Source: an uncultured virus (IMG/VR IMGVR_UViG_3300002834_000023) (lineage: Duplodnaviria; Heunggongvirae; Uroviricota; Caudoviricetes). From it: a DNA stretch of 64,000 nucleotides. A program made the position numbers and the translations under genes. Positions within the stretch are counted from its first letter, which is position 1. Each line of letters opens with the position of its first letter. This document shows, in pieces, positions 1 through 10,254 of the stretch. The notes beneath the pieces are model-generated. The model was not told the origin of the DNA. It did no database searches and saw nothing but the letters and a program-made list of their open reading frames with translations. The DNA lies in the IMG/VR virus record IMGVR_UViG_3300002834_000023; one strand, written 5' to 3'.

Positions 1-68
1 GGATAGTAAGAATAATAAAAGCAAAATTGGGTATTTTTATAAGTAACAAACAAATTCCGGTATTTTAA

Positions 69-115
69 GAATTGTCAATGTGTGAAATTATATCATACAT
101 TGACAATTTCTTTTG
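69..115 (+). terminator. Intrinsic terminator
   Basis: AATTGTCAATG...CATTGACAATT hairpin followed by T-rich tract, just before the promoter at 126. Confidence 0.6.
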
Positions 116-191
116 TATACATTTTTTAACATCCAGTATTTTTTATATTAAATGAATTTTACTATCTTTGTAATAAATTAAAATAAAAAAA

Positions 192-338
192 ATGAGAATA
201 CCAAGTAGTTTAATACGGAATGTCATTGAGAAGAAAAAATATGGAACACCACTTCCCGATGAAGATTATTTAGCGTGGGGATGTTTTGTTCCTGTTTTGG
301 TTGCGTTAATAATAACAATAATAGCTTTATCTATATAA
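192..338 (+). CDS. Small membrane protein (48 aa)
   Basis: ATG after promoter 126; hydrophobic C-terminus; abuts next gene. Confidence 0.5.
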   Translation: MRIPSSLIRNVIEKKKYGTPLPDEDYLAWGCFVPVLVALIITIIALSI

Positions 339-339
339 A

Positions 340-1749
340 ATGTTAGATTTTACAACGATAAAAAAGATAATTAAAGGAACAAAGTTTGAAAACCAAACAT
401 ACTTTGTTGGTGGTTGTGTTCGTGATGAAATCATGGGCGTAACACCTAAGGACTATGATATTGTTGTATCATTACCAAATGGTGGAATTGAACTTGCTGA
501 ATTTATTACAAAAGCAACAAACTGTTATGTTGATGGTAGCAACCCAGTTGTATATCCAACTTATGGTACAGCCATGTTCACAATCAGAACCGATGAAAAT
601 TTAAAGAATATTGAATTTGAATGTGTTCAAACAAGAAAAGAACAATATCATTCAGATTCAAGAAATCCTGATTGTGTGTTCGGAACATTGGAAGAAGATG
701 CTTATAGACGTGATTTAACAATCAATTCATTATATAAAAATTTATCAACAGATAAAATTCTTGATCCAACAGGTAAAGGATTAAAAGATATTTCAGATAA
801 ATTAATTAGAACAACATCTATGCCTCATATTATTTTTTCGGATGATCCATTAAGAATGTTAAGAGTTATTCGTTTTGCGACAAGATTTGGTTGGGATGTT
901 GATGAAGAAACTTATCTTGGAATTAAAGAAAATGTTGAAAGAATTAAAATCATTTCGATGGAAAGAATTAGAGATGAAATCAACAAAATGTTATTATCTC
1001 ATACCCCATCCATTGCGTTTGATATGTTACATGAAACAGGGTTGTTAGAAACAATTCAACCACTTTGGATAGTTTCTCAATTAGTTGGATTATCACAAAA
1101 TAAGTTTCATTTTGGTGATGTTTGGGAACACACTCTTGATGTTCTTGATAAATCAAAACCAATACTTGAAAATAGATTGGCGGCATTATTACATGATATT
1201 GGAAAATATTATACAAGAAGTGTAGATGAAAATGGAAATGTTCATTTTTACCAACATGAAAAAATTGGTGCAGAAGCGACTAAAACAATCATGTTTAACA
1301 TGAAATATTCAAATGATACTATTGATAAAGTTTCCAATGCAATTAAATTTCATATGAAAACAAAAGATTGGGGACATGACATTAAAATTAAATTATGGAA
1401 AATTCGTCAGTTTCAATATGATGCAAAAGATAATTTAGAACTGATTTTAGATCTTATTGATGCTGATAACCGTTCTCATGCAAAAGAATATTGTTTACCA
1501 ACACAGGTAGAAAACATCAAATCTATATTGAAACAAATGAAGAATGATGGTCTTGATTGTTCAAAAATTAAATTACCTGTTAATGGAAATGATATTATGC
1601 AACATCTAAAAATAAATGGTGGACAAATATTAGGTAAAATTATTGAACATTTAATTAAAATGTATATTAGAAATCCGTTAAAATATAAAGATTTTAACAC
1701 ATGTTTAAAAGAAGCCAGTAGTTATTATAAACAAAATAAACAAAACTAA
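340..1749 (+). CDS. cca: CCA-adding tRNA nucleotidyltransferase with HD domain
   Basis: GGCVRD, DYD, RRDLTINS, DDPLRMLRVIRF class II NTase motifs; HD domain (HTL...LLHDIGK). Confidence 0.9.
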   Translation: MLDFTTIKKIIKGTKFENQTYFVGGCVRDEIMGVTPKDYDIVVSLPNGGIELAEFITKATNCYVDGSNPVVYPTYGTAMFTIRTDENLKNIEFECVQTRKEQYHSDSRNPDCVFGTLEEDAYRRDLTINSLYKNLSTDKILDPTGKGLKDISDKLIRTTSMPHIIFSDDPLRMLRVIRFATRFGWDVDEETYLGIKENVERIKIISMERIRDEINKMLLSHTPSIAFDMLHETGLLETIQPLWIVSQLVGLSQNKFHFGDVWEHTLDVLDKSKPILENRLAALLHDIGKYYTRSVDENGNVHFYQHEKIGAEATKTIMFNMKYSNDTIDKVSNAIKFHMKTKDWGHDIKIKLWKIRQFQYDAKDNLELILDLIDADNRSHAKEYCLPTQVENIKSILKQMKNDGLDCSKIKLPVNGNDIMQHLKINGGQILGKIIEHLIKMYIRNPLKYKDFNTCLKEASSYYKQNKQN

Positions 1750-1751
1750 TT

Positions 1752-2033
1752 ATGTGGATTGCAGTAGATAAAAATGGAACAATTGTTGGTTTTAAAAATT
1801 TGCCAACAAGATATGCTGATGAATGGTCGGATGGTGGACCTGTAACCATATTTCCAAATTTTAAACAAAAATTCTTTAAGGATTGGAATGGAAACAGACA
1901 ATATAGAGAAGTATCAAATGAATACATTTTTAAACAAGTTTTTGGGATTACTAAAAAAAATACTTGGAAAGATGGCGTAATTTGGATTGCAGATAATTTT
2001 CTCGAAAAGAGATGGAATAAAATAATGAAATAA
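1752..2033 (+). CDS. Hypothetical protein
   Basis: 93-aa ORF coupled to cca. Confidence 0.65.
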   Translation: MWIAVDKNGTIVGFKNLPTRYADEWSDGGPVTIFPNFKQKFFKDWNGNRQYREVSNEYIFKQVFGITKKNTWKDGVIWIADNFLEKRWNKIMK

Positions 2034-2094
2034 ATTTTAATATGATAAAAGTAACAAGTGTTATTATATTTATAATGGTAATAAGATTTCGGAT

Positions 2095-3243
2095 ATGATA
2101 GTTTTAAACAATACGATTGCCATCAGAAAATTTTCAAAACCACAAATGATTTTTTACAATACTGGTGGTTATGGGAATTTACCAGGTCAAAATTTAGCTT
2201 CATTCAATCCATCACCCCCATTAAGTTATGGTTTTACTGGTGGAGTATATGTTACATATGATGATATTGCTTGTTTTTCTGGTATTCAATGGAAAAACAG
2301 GTCAACTGGGTCTTATGGAATACTATCATCAACATCCATGTTAGAGTATTATTCATATTATAAAAATAATAGAGTAAATTTCCAACAAATTCCTATATCC
2401 ACTTTTACAACAGTAACATCAACTGGCGGAATGTGTTCATATACAAATCCTATTCCAAATACTAATGGTACATATTACTCTATTGCACATATATATGCTG
2501 GCGGGGAAAGAACAGCACCAGCATCTAGAATTTTTTATAGATTAACACTTAATTCTGATTTTACCCTTAATACATATAATCAATGTAGTGGGTTAAGTAT
2601 ATTAGCCGAAGTTTTACAACCAGGTTACCCAGGAGTTATAGACCCATATGGAGTAGATAGTTATGTTGGTCCAAACATGATAAAAATTGGAAGTTATTAT
2701 TATATTGGACTTAGGCGTGGATATTACAACGATTCGGGCTATGGATTATTCAGATCAACTGATTGTTTATCATGGTCAGCAGTTAGTACAGCAACAGACA
2801 CAACCGTTCCATTTGAAGATACGAGAATTTTTTGGTATAATCAAAATAGATGTGTATTTCCATCACGTAAAATATATAGCAGTCCAGCGGTTTATTCTAT
2901 GGGGCAAATAAATAGTACAGCATTTACATTATCTTTTTTACAACATCCAACAGCTAGCAATAATCTAATATTAACCTGTTTATCACCAGGTAATACACTT
3001 TATTCCATACAATCAACAGGTGTAATATGGCAATCAACTCTAACATCCCCAAATAGTTTTACCCAAATACCTGGAACAATTCCTAATTTTTCAAGTTCAA
3101 ATGTATGGCTATTATTTTATCAAGGAAATTTTTATACATATAGAGCTGTTGGCCCAACCATTGACACAATGGTATCAACAAATACTGTTGGAAGTACTTG
3201 TTTTTTTAATCCACAAAGATATGATGAAAATAAATTGTTTTAA
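2095..3243 (+). CDS. Ser/Thr/Gly-rich putative virion/beta-propeller protein
   Basis: 382 aa, low charge, one Asp-box-like RSTDCLSW; ATATTTAT upstream. Confidence 0.6.
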   Translation: MIVLNNTIAIRKFSKPQMIFYNTGGYGNLPGQNLASFNPSPPLSYGFTGGVYVTYDDIACFSGIQWKNRSTGSYGILSSTSMLEYYSYYKNNRVNFQQIPISTFTTVTSTGGMCSYTNPIPNTNGTYYSIAHIYAGGERTAPASRIFYRLTLNSDFTLNTYNQCSGLSILAEVLQPGYPGVIDPYGVDSYVGPNMIKIGSYYYIGLRRGYYNDSGYGLFRSTDCLSWSAVSTATDTTVPFEDTRIFWYNQNRCVFPSRKIYSSPAVYSMGQINSTAFTLSFLQHPTASNNLILTCLSPGNTLYSIQSTGVIWQSTLTSPNSFTQIPGTIPNFSSSNVWLLFYQGNFYTYRAVGPTIDTMVSTNTVGSTCFFNPQRYDENKLF

Positions 3244-3244
3244 A

Positions 3245-3718
3245 TTACATAAATTCTTTTATTTTCTTTCTTGCTTTTTCTTCTGTTTTGGTATTTTCCA
3301 ATTCGTTTAAACGATTGGTTAATTCATTTCTCATATTTTTTTTACCACAAAATGTAATTTCATCCAATGCTTGTGGAAAATCATTTATTGTATAAACATT
3401 TTTATGATTTCGATAGAAGTTATGAATACCTTCTTTAAATGCTAATATAGCCTCTGACATATTTTCAAATAGTTTAATTGAGGCTTTTATATCTTTTTGG
3501 TTAGACCAACACACTTTCTTATTATCTAATGATATTACCATAAAATAATAATAGTTTGAATCAAATTCTTCAAAACTTTCCGAATTTTTTAAAACTTTAT
3601 CAATTTTTTTAACCTTAACCTTTACGGGAAATACAAAATTCTTCTCATCAGAAAAATTGGAATAATAAAATTCTTTTTCTGGATACTTAAAATAGTTGTT
3701 TGAATTAATCTCAATCAT
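3245..3718 (-). CDS. Hypothetical protein
   Basis: 157-aa ORF filling the gap, convergent with upstream gene. Confidence 0.7.
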   Translation of the reverse strand: MIEINSNNYFKYPEKEFYYSNFSDEKNFVFPVKVKVKKIDKVLKNSESFEEFDSNYYYFMVISLDNKKVCWSNQKDIKASIKLFENMSEAILAFKEGIHNFYRNHKNVYTINDFPQALDEITFCGKKNMRNELTNRLNELENTKTEEKARKKIKEFM

Positions 3719-3786
3719 TTTATTATTCTTTTTTATTTGTTAATATTATCTAAAATCTATATTTTTACACTAATAAATATATAGAG

Positions 3787-4200
3787 ATGGAAAATTCAAA
3801 TGGCGAAAAACCAGAAAGAAAATTATTGGTAAGTCGTATTCAAACTCCTGATGGAACAATTCTAACATCACGATATACACATGATTGTGTGTTTTATACT
3901 GATAAGAATGGATTAAAATACATGTTAGATGGGGGAAATGAATATCAAAGAGTAATTGTAAACAATGAAGCACCACATGTTGATGTATCAATTTATACTG
4001 ATGACCCTTATGAAAAGATAAGAGAATACTATTGTATTCAAATTGATGAAAAACTTGTTCCTTTATGTGATATTTCCGATAAATGGTTAAAAGAAAAACT
4101 GGATATGGACAGTATGCTTTGTAGAGGTGACGGACAAAAAGGTATGTTATGTACAAGGGAAGTTTTATATAGAAAATATTTTAACATCCAGTTAATCTAA
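3787..4200 (+). CDS. Conserved phage hypothetical protein
   Basis: SRYTHD...LDGGNEY pattern recalled from phage proteins. Confidence 0.7.
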   Translation: MENSNGEKPERKLLVSRIQTPDGTILTSRYTHDCVFYTDKNGLKYMLDGGNEYQRVIVNNEAPHVDVSIYTDDPYEKIREYYCIQIDEKLVPLCDISDKWLKEKLDMDSMLCRGDGQKGMLCTREVLYRKYFNIQLI

Positions 4201-4248
4201 TCTAATTTTTATTTTCATTATTTTTGTCTAAATTATAAATTAGACAAA

Positions 4249-5007
4249 ATGAATTTTATACGATTTGGAACATTATCGCCACAAAAACAGGTGAAATATG
4301 GGGGTACTGACTTTCATTGCCCACCTTGTAAATATGGTTTTTATGCTTTTCCCGAAGGTAAAATTGATCAATATCTTTTAATGGCAACATACCAAGTTGG
4401 AAACTCATCTAATAAAACAGCATGGCTAAAAGATGAAAATGGTAATAAAATACCACATTCTGAATTTTTTGATGAATATACTGAATATCATTTTAAAGAT
4501 GGTACAAAAATAAGACTATCTGGAAAAATGTTTAGTAGGGAAAATCGTAAAATATTACAAGATGAATATGGTATTGATGACTTAAATACCATTTTATCCG
4601 AAGAATCAATATGTATCCCTAAAAAAGAATTTAAGCCATTACTCAAAAAATATGGTATTAAAAAAACTTCATATCTTTTACATGAAGCATATGATGGTAT
4701 ACAATATATGACGTATTTTAAACAACCAAAAATATTCAAATATGATGGATATATTTGGCATCATCATTTGCAATATGTTGATAAAATAGATATTATTGAA
4801 ACTCAAGGATCATGGGTTAAAACAACCATGAAAGTTTATGAAAAAGCGTTTACACAAGCTGATGCAACAGATAGATTTAATTCGGTTATGTCATGTGAAG
4901 GAAGTCAAAAGAAATTGTTAATGCAACATTTCAAAGGTGTACCATCAAGACATAAAAATTGTTTTGTTTCAGATCATTATGAAGTGTTCATCGAAAAAAT
5001 AAAATAA
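4249..5007 (+). CDS. Hypothetical protein
   Basis: 252-aa ORF after promoter 4181. Confidence 0.8.
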   Translation: MNFIRFGTLSPQKQVKYGGTDFHCPPCKYGFYAFPEGKIDQYLLMATYQVGNSSNKTAWLKDENGNKIPHSEFFDEYTEYHFKDGTKIRLSGKMFSRENRKILQDEYGIDDLNTILSEESICIPKKEFKPLLKKYGIKKTSYLLHEAYDGIQYMTYFKQPKIFKYDGYIWHHHLQYVDKIDIIETQGSWVKTTMKVYEKAFTQADATDRFNSVMSCEGSQKKLLMQHFKGVPSRHKNCFVSDHYEVFIEKIK

Positions 5008-5009
5008 AA

Positions 5010-5582
5010 ATGGAAAATATATTGAGAGAAGATATAGTTGGGTTTGAAACAGCCAAATTAGCAAAACGAGCTGGTTATTCAAATGGGACAATGTTGAGTT
5101 ATACACATTATAATTCAACCTATGTTTATGATAGTTCACCCGATCATCCAGAAAGTTATAAAAGGGGCGAAATAAGGGGACATAATAGATTTTTTCATGA
5201 AAATGCTAATTTCGATACTATTGCATATTACCGCATACCAACTGATTTTGATAATCCAGATGGGGAAGAATGTGAATTAGAATTTGCTAAATTAAATCCA
5301 GATTTAATAGATGGTGATATTTTATGGGAAATTTTTGAAGCACCATCTCATTCGATGTTATATAAATGGATAAGAAAAAATTATGGTATTCAAATAACTG
5401 TTACATTTGTTAAACCAACTCCAGTAGATGAAGATAATCCATATACAGGGAAAATTTGTTATCCAAACTGTATTACTGATGCTGGGGTTTACTATTTTAA
5501 TGACATAACCCATGAAGATTGTTTTGAACAATGTTTACAATTTGTTTTAAATTATATAATAACCAAGAAAAAATGTGATTAA
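5010..5582 (+). CDS. Hypothetical protein
   Basis: 190-aa ORF in operon. Confidence 0.75.
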   Translation: MENILREDIVGFETAKLAKRAGYSNGTMLSYTHYNSTYVYDSSPDHPESYKRGEIRGHNRFFHENANFDTIAYYRIPTDFDNPDGEECELEFAKLNPDLIDGDILWEIFEAPSHSMLYKWIRKNYGIQITVTFVKPTPVDEDNPYTGKICYPNCITDAGVYYFNDITHEDCFEQCLQFVLNYIITKKKCD

Positions 5583-5772
5583 TATTATGGAAATTTTTGT
5601 AATTTGTTGTATTGCAGTTTTTTTAATATATTTAGGTTTCATTCTAACAAGATATTGTAATTATCATTATAGATTAAAACAGACTTTTAAAAAAACATTA
5701 AAAAGACATTCAAATATGTTAAGGAATGAAAGAAGTAGAAAGTTAAAAACTCAAAACTGGTGGGGGAATTAA
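5575..5772 (+). CDS. Small membrane protein
   Basis: N-terminal hydrophobic helix; start may be ATG 5587. Confidence 0.55.
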   Translation: MINIMEIFVICCIAVFLIYLGFILTRYCNYHYRLKQTFKKTLKRHSNMLRNERSRKLKTQNWWGN

Positions 5773-5775
5773 ATT

Positions 5776-6564
5776 ATGAGTATATCAAGAGAAAGTTGTA
5801 ATTTATTCTTCTATTTAAAGAGAAAGGATTTTAAACGATTTTGGTATCATTTAAGACACTTTAACAAGATAACTTATATGGATACCTTTATGCCTATTAT
5901 ATGTCATTTCAGGGGACATAAACCATATCCAGCAATACATTGGGCAAACGAAATAAATGATAGTTATAGCGAAAATTATGGATATGCTTGTTCAAGATGT
6001 GGTCAATACATTAGAAATTACAAATATCAATTACCAGGTCTTACATATAAGGATACATTGTTTATTGAATACATTAAAAAAGAATATTCCAAAAATCTTA
6101 CCTATAATGTTATTGAAGGAACAGGCGATATAATAAAAATATCTTTTAACAAAGAACATAATAAAGATAAATCTATTACAGATGAACTTGATTTTAATGG
6201 TATTCCATTTTTAACAAATAGAATATTATCTGATTTTCAAGGTTATCTTAATCATAGATTAATTGGTATTCAATTTGATAAAAGAACTGAACATTTATTA
6301 TATGTATCATTAACTTTTCTTCCATCAGACTATAGAGGAGATTATGAAATGATGACAACATATAATACACCTGAACATAATCAAAATAGATGGTTTGATA
6401 TTGAAGAAGTCAAACCTGAAATAGATTCATATATCGAAGCCAAACAATTTGCATGTGATGAATATGCAACAATTGTACAATATAATCCACATTTGTTGTC
6501 AATTGGTGTGTTTACTATAAATCTAAACCAAATACGTTGGTGGAGACCTCATAACCCTGAATAA
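5776..6564 (+). CDS. Hypothetical protein
   Basis: 262-aa ORF; CHFRGH...CSRCG zinc-ribbon-like segment. Confidence 0.7.
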   Translation: MSISRESCNLFFYLKRKDFKRFWYHLRHFNKITYMDTFMPIICHFRGHKPYPAIHWANEINDSYSENYGYACSRCGQYIRNYKYQLPGLTYKDTLFIEYIKKEYSKNLTYNVIEGTGDIIKISFNKEHNKDKSITDELDFNGIPFLTNRILSDFQGYLNHRLIGIQFDKRTEHLLYVSLTFLPSDYRGDYEMMTTYNTPEHNQNRWFDIEEVKPEIDSYIEAKQFACDEYATIVQYNPHLLSIGVFTINLNQIRWWRPHNPE

Positions 6565-6577
6565 TATTTAAAAATAT

Positions 6578-6814
6578 ATGACATTATTAACAGCATTAGA
6601 AATTGCAGGTAATTATCCTGAAAATATCCAAATTAATGGATTTTTAGATGAAAATAATAACAAGTGGGGTGCATGGATGTATATGTTACGAAATGGCAAC
6701 ATTCATAAGGCAATGTTAGATTTCAAAGGATACTTTGAAACAAAGGAAGAAGCAGAACAATATCTCCATGATATTTCAAAAGAATGTGTTGAAAAATATA
6801 AAAATAAAATATGA
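6578..6814 (+). CDS. Hypothetical protein
   Basis: 78-aa ORF with ATGA overlap to next gene. Confidence 0.65.
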   Translation: MTLLTALEIAGNYPENIQINGFLDENNNKWGAWMYMLRNGNIHKAMLDFKGYFETKEEAEQYLHDISKECVEKYKNKI

Positions 6815-7638
6815 GTAAAATTAATGCACCATTTAAGTCCTTTGGCGGTAAGGGATCTAACGGTTTTCTTAAAGTGATTTACAGTTTATTTCCGAAACAT
6901 TATGATGTTATGGTTGAACCATTTTGTGGGTCAGCAGTTGTAACATTAAATAATCCAATTGAAAAATGTACAGAAATTATAAATGATTTGAATTTAAACA
7001 TTTATTCATTTTATAAAACAATTCAAGATAAATATGCCTTTGAACAATTAAAAGAAAAACTTGATTTAACATGTTATCATGAAGATTTGTTTAAAGATAG
7101 TAAAAATGCTTTACAAACCGAATTAAGCCAAATTGACAGAGCATATTATTTTTTCATCTGTAATCGCATGTCATATAGTGGTAATAATGCTTCATTTGGT
7201 AAAAATTATGCTATCCGAAGAAATATGTCAAAAAGTACATCTGACATATTGTCAGCAATTGACAGCCTTGATTTAATCCATTGCAGAATATCACAAATGA
7301 TTATTCTCAATCGTGATGCACTTGAATTAATTGAAAATGAGGGACAATATGAACATACATTTATGTATTTAGATCCTCCATATGCTTGGGAAACAAGAAC
7401 ATCAACCAGATACCCTGTGGATTTTACCCCACAACAACAAATTGATTTAGTTAATGTTTTAACAAGTGAAAAATCAAATGCAAAATATTTGTTATCAGGA
7501 TATGATAATGAGTTATATGAAAATGTTTTGGTTAAAGAATATGGATGGAATAAGTATATTTATGATGTTAATACTGTTTCTGGTAGCAACCAATCCAAAA
7601 CCAAAACAGAAGTATTGTGGTATAACTATGAAATCTAA
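6811..7638 (+). CDS. Dam-like DNA adenine methyltransferase (D12 class)
   Basis: FGGK, EPFCGS (SAM binding), YLDPPY catalytic motif. Confidence 0.9.
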   Translation: MSKINAPFKSFGGKGSNGFLKVIYSLFPKHYDVMVEPFCGSAVVTLNNPIEKCTEIINDLNLNIYSFYKTIQDKYAFEQLKEKLDLTCYHEDLFKDSKNALQTELSQIDRAYYFFICNRMSYSGNNASFGKNYAIRRNMSKSTSDILSAIDSLDLIHCRISQMIILNRDALELIENEGQYEHTFMYLDPPYAWETRTSTRYPVDFTPQQQIDLVNVLTSEKSNAKYLLSGYDNELYENVLVKEYGWNKYIYDVNTVSGSNQSKTKTEVLWYNYEI

Positions 7639-7644
7639 TTGAAA

Positions 7645-8091
7645 ATGATTAAAAATAAATTATCTGAATTAGAAAAAGGTGATGAAATATTTGTAATCGA
7701 ATATAATAGATTACTCCCAGACACTGACCGTTATACTGAACTGTATGGGGAGTATTTTTCAGACCATACAGATAAATATGAATTTGTTAGTTCAAGTTAT
7801 GATATTGAAATGATATTTGAAAGTCAGACAATAGTTGAATATTGGTTGAAAGATAAAAATGGTCGTAAAGATTATTTTTGGGTTAATAAAGACAAAATAG
7901 AAAGACATAGTAACTTTCAATTGTTAACTGAACCAATAAGAATAAAATTATATACGTTGAAACCAAGTTTATGGACCATAGATATTGTCAAAAGATATGA
8001 AGAATATGAAAAATTTCGTCTTGAATTGTTTAATAAAGACATGAGTATTCTTAATCGTATTGTACTTGAAATGTGTGGTAACAATCTTTAA
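7645..8091 (+). CDS. Hypothetical protein
   Basis: About 148-aa ORF in operon. Confidence 0.7.
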   Translation: MIKNKLSELEKGDEIFVIEYNRLLPDTDRYTELYGEYFSDHTDKYEFVSSSYDIEMIFESQTIVEYWLKDKNGRKDYFWVNKDKIERHSNFQLLTEPIRIKLYTLKPSLWTIDIVKRYEEYEKFRLELFNKDMSILNRIVLEMCGNNL

Positions 8092-8103
8092 ATAAAATAA
8101 AAA

Positions 8104-8886
8104 ATGAAACTAATTAAACCATATTATGAAATAATAAATGATGATTCATTATTGTCTTACTTTAAGAAAAATATTGATGTTTATTATGATTTATTAACAA
8201 TTTATCTTAAATTTCCATCAGATCAATTAATCTATTGGGAAAATTTGAGAGATGAATATTATGCTGTTTATAAATATGAAAATGAACCAAATACCAGACT
8301 TCAAAATGGTGATGAAGATGAGGATTATAATTTTTATGTAACAACATGTCATTCTGTATTATTAAAAAACAAATGGACTGATGATATTAAATATCGTGTA
8401 CATCCAGAACCACCCCATGAAAAACGAATATCAGTTAAATTTATGTGTGATAGGTTAATGATAGATAAATTATTACAGATTACAAAAGACTTTAAAATGA
8501 TGTTTAATATATTACCATTTGAAAATTATGACGAATTAGAATATATTATTCCAGATTGGACAGGTTTAACAGAGGGTGAATATAGTCAAATAACAGCATA
8601 TACGTTCTGTGGGGAAAATGAGGATAGTTACTCAATGTTGTCAGATGATAAGAAAAATTATAGAATAGCAAATTTTTTAAAATCAATATATGATGTTGAA
8701 GAAAATTATAACGACTTATTATTTCATGGATGTAGTTTAAATGATTTAGTGTATATTCTACCAAGCACAATTAAAAGTGAAATTATTTTATCTGGTTTTG
8801 AATGGAATTGGAAAAATTTATGTAAATCGGTAGATTTACCATTGATTAAAGAATTAGAAAAAGAATTGAACAATGGCGAGGACTAA
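8104..8886 (+). CDS. ThyX-like protein, apparently catalytically degenerate
   Basis: MKLIKP, HEKRISVKFMCDR, IIPDW, ILPSTIKSEIILSG..W resemble phage ThyX as I recall it; RHRx7S motif absent. Confidence 0.55.
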   Translation: MKLIKPYYEIINDDSLLSYFKKNIDVYYDLLTIYLKFPSDQLIYWENLRDEYYAVYKYENEPNTRLQNGDEDEDYNFYVTTCHSVLLKNKWTDDIKYRVHPEPPHEKRISVKFMCDRLMIDKLLQITKDFKMMFNILPFENYDELEYIIPDWTGLTEGEYSQITAYTFCGENEDSYSMLSDDKKNYRIANFLKSIYDVEENYNDLLFHGCSLNDLVYILPSTIKSEIILSGFEWNWKNLCKSVDLPLIKELEKELNNGED

Positions 8887-9067
8887 AGGATCTGGTTGGG
8901 GAGCTGGACCAATATTATGGCAGATTTGCCCATTATGTGGAAAGAAAAAAGCATATTATGATTATAATTCTGCTTTTGGTGGTTATTTTTTTAGATGTAC
9001 ATGGTGTAAGGAAAGAATACCATTTGATCAAGCAGATAATTTGATTAAACAAACCAATAAAAATTAA
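8873..9067 (+). CDS. Small zinc-ribbon protein
   Basis: CPLC...CTWC. Confidence 0.6.
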   Translation: MARTKGSGWGAGPILWQICPLCGKKKAYYDYNSAFGGYFFRCTWCKERIPFDQADNLIKQTNKN

Positions 9068-9082
9068 ATAATTTAAAATGTT

Positions 9083-9454
9083 ATGGAAACGATATTTGAT
9101 ACAAAAAGAAAAGCCAGAAAGGAACATATTTGTAACTATTGTGGCTTAACAATTCAAAAAGGTGAAGTTTATGACAGACAAGTCAATAAAGATGGTGGAG
9201 ATATATATACATTTATTTCTCATCAGTCATGTACAGAATTGGGAATAGAAATTATTGACAGATATAATGTTGATGATGGATTAACAGAATATGATTTTGT
9301 TAGTAGTGTTGAGGATGAATTTCAAAATATTTTTATTGATAACTTATCAGATAAAGAATTGACATCATCACAAAAATGGGATATATTTCTTAAAGATGAA
9401 ACCCCATTTGAAGAAAAGTTAAAAATAGTAAAACAACACTTTGATATTAAATAG
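9083..9454 (+). CDS. Hypothetical protein (Zn-binding N-terminus)
   Basis: RKARKEHICNYCG...H..C pattern. Confidence 0.7.
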   Translation: METIFDTKRKARKEHICNYCGLTIQKGEVYDRQVNKDGGDIYTFISHQSCTELGIEIIDRYNVDDGLTEYDFVSSVEDEFQNIFIDNLSDKELTSSQKWDIFLKDETPFEEKLKIVKQHFDIK

Positions 9455-9455
9455 A

Positions 9456-9719
9456 ATGGGAGCATTTATTGCAAGACAACCAAATGGGTTATTATGTAGA
9501 TTTTCTACTATTGTAGATACAGTTACACATTATAACATGACTGATGAAGAATATGTTGAACTGTGTGCAGATTATGCCAGGGTGGAAGCAAAAGAATACC
9601 TTAAATGTAAACTTCCATCATTTGATGAAGTAATATATAGTTTTTCCCCACGTAATATGACTGAAACAGAATTTAATGAAATTGTCAAAGAAATGTCATA
9701 TCTATCCCCCAAATTTTAA
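9456..9719 (+). CDS. Hypothetical protein
   Basis: MGAFIARQPNG; stop codon inside the promoter motif at 9716. Confidence 0.7.
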   Translation: MGAFIARQPNGLLCRFSTIVDTVTHYNMTDEEYVELCADYARVEAKEYLKCKLPSFDEVIYSFSPRNMTETEFNEIVKEMSYLSPKF

Positions 9720-9774
9720 CATCCAGTAAAACTTAAATAAAAAAACTTTTATTATCTTTGTAGAGAAATAATAA

Positions 9775-9999
9775 CGGCTTATAGTATAATGGTAGAACGC
9801 AATCAATATAATATTCTTGTCCGATGAAAAAAAGAGTGTTATAAACAGGGTTGAGGTGCGATTGTGAAAGAATGAACGAATATACGAAAACATGAATACA
9901 GATTGTGTATGGGGTTGCAAACCCAGAAAAATTATGATGTGTAAGTAAGATGGACAAGTAAAACAAGTAATTAAGGTTCAAATCCCGCTAGGCTGACAA
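9775..9999 (+). ncRNA. tRNA-ended RNA with about 150-nt insert
   Basis: Acceptor CGGCTTA/TAGGCTG, D-loop TAGTATAATGGTAGAAC, GGTTCAAATCC T-loop, ends ACAA; directly after promoter 9716. Confidence 0.55.
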
Positions 10000-10017
10000 A
10001 TTTAAAATCAATGTAAG

Positions 10018-10254
10018 ATGAAACTTTTAAAAGAAAGGGCAATTGGGGAAACGTTTAAATATCGAAAAAATATTGTTGCTGTTTCCAAAGCCCCATTATA
10101 TTTTAAATGCTCTGGGTGTCAATTTAAAAATCAAACCAGTAGGGTTGGTAATAATTGTGATAGAAAACATAAATGTGATTCACGTAATAGACAAGATAAA
10201 CAGTCTGTGAGATTTATTGTTATTCAAAAACTTGATTATAGAACAAAAAAATGA
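10018..10254 (+). CDS. Cys-rich hypothetical protein
   Basis: 78-aa ORF. Confidence 0.6.
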   Translation: MKLLKERAIGETFKYRKNIVAVSKAPLYFKCSGCQFKNQTSRVGNNCDRKHKCDSRNRQDKQSVRFIVIQKLDYRTKK

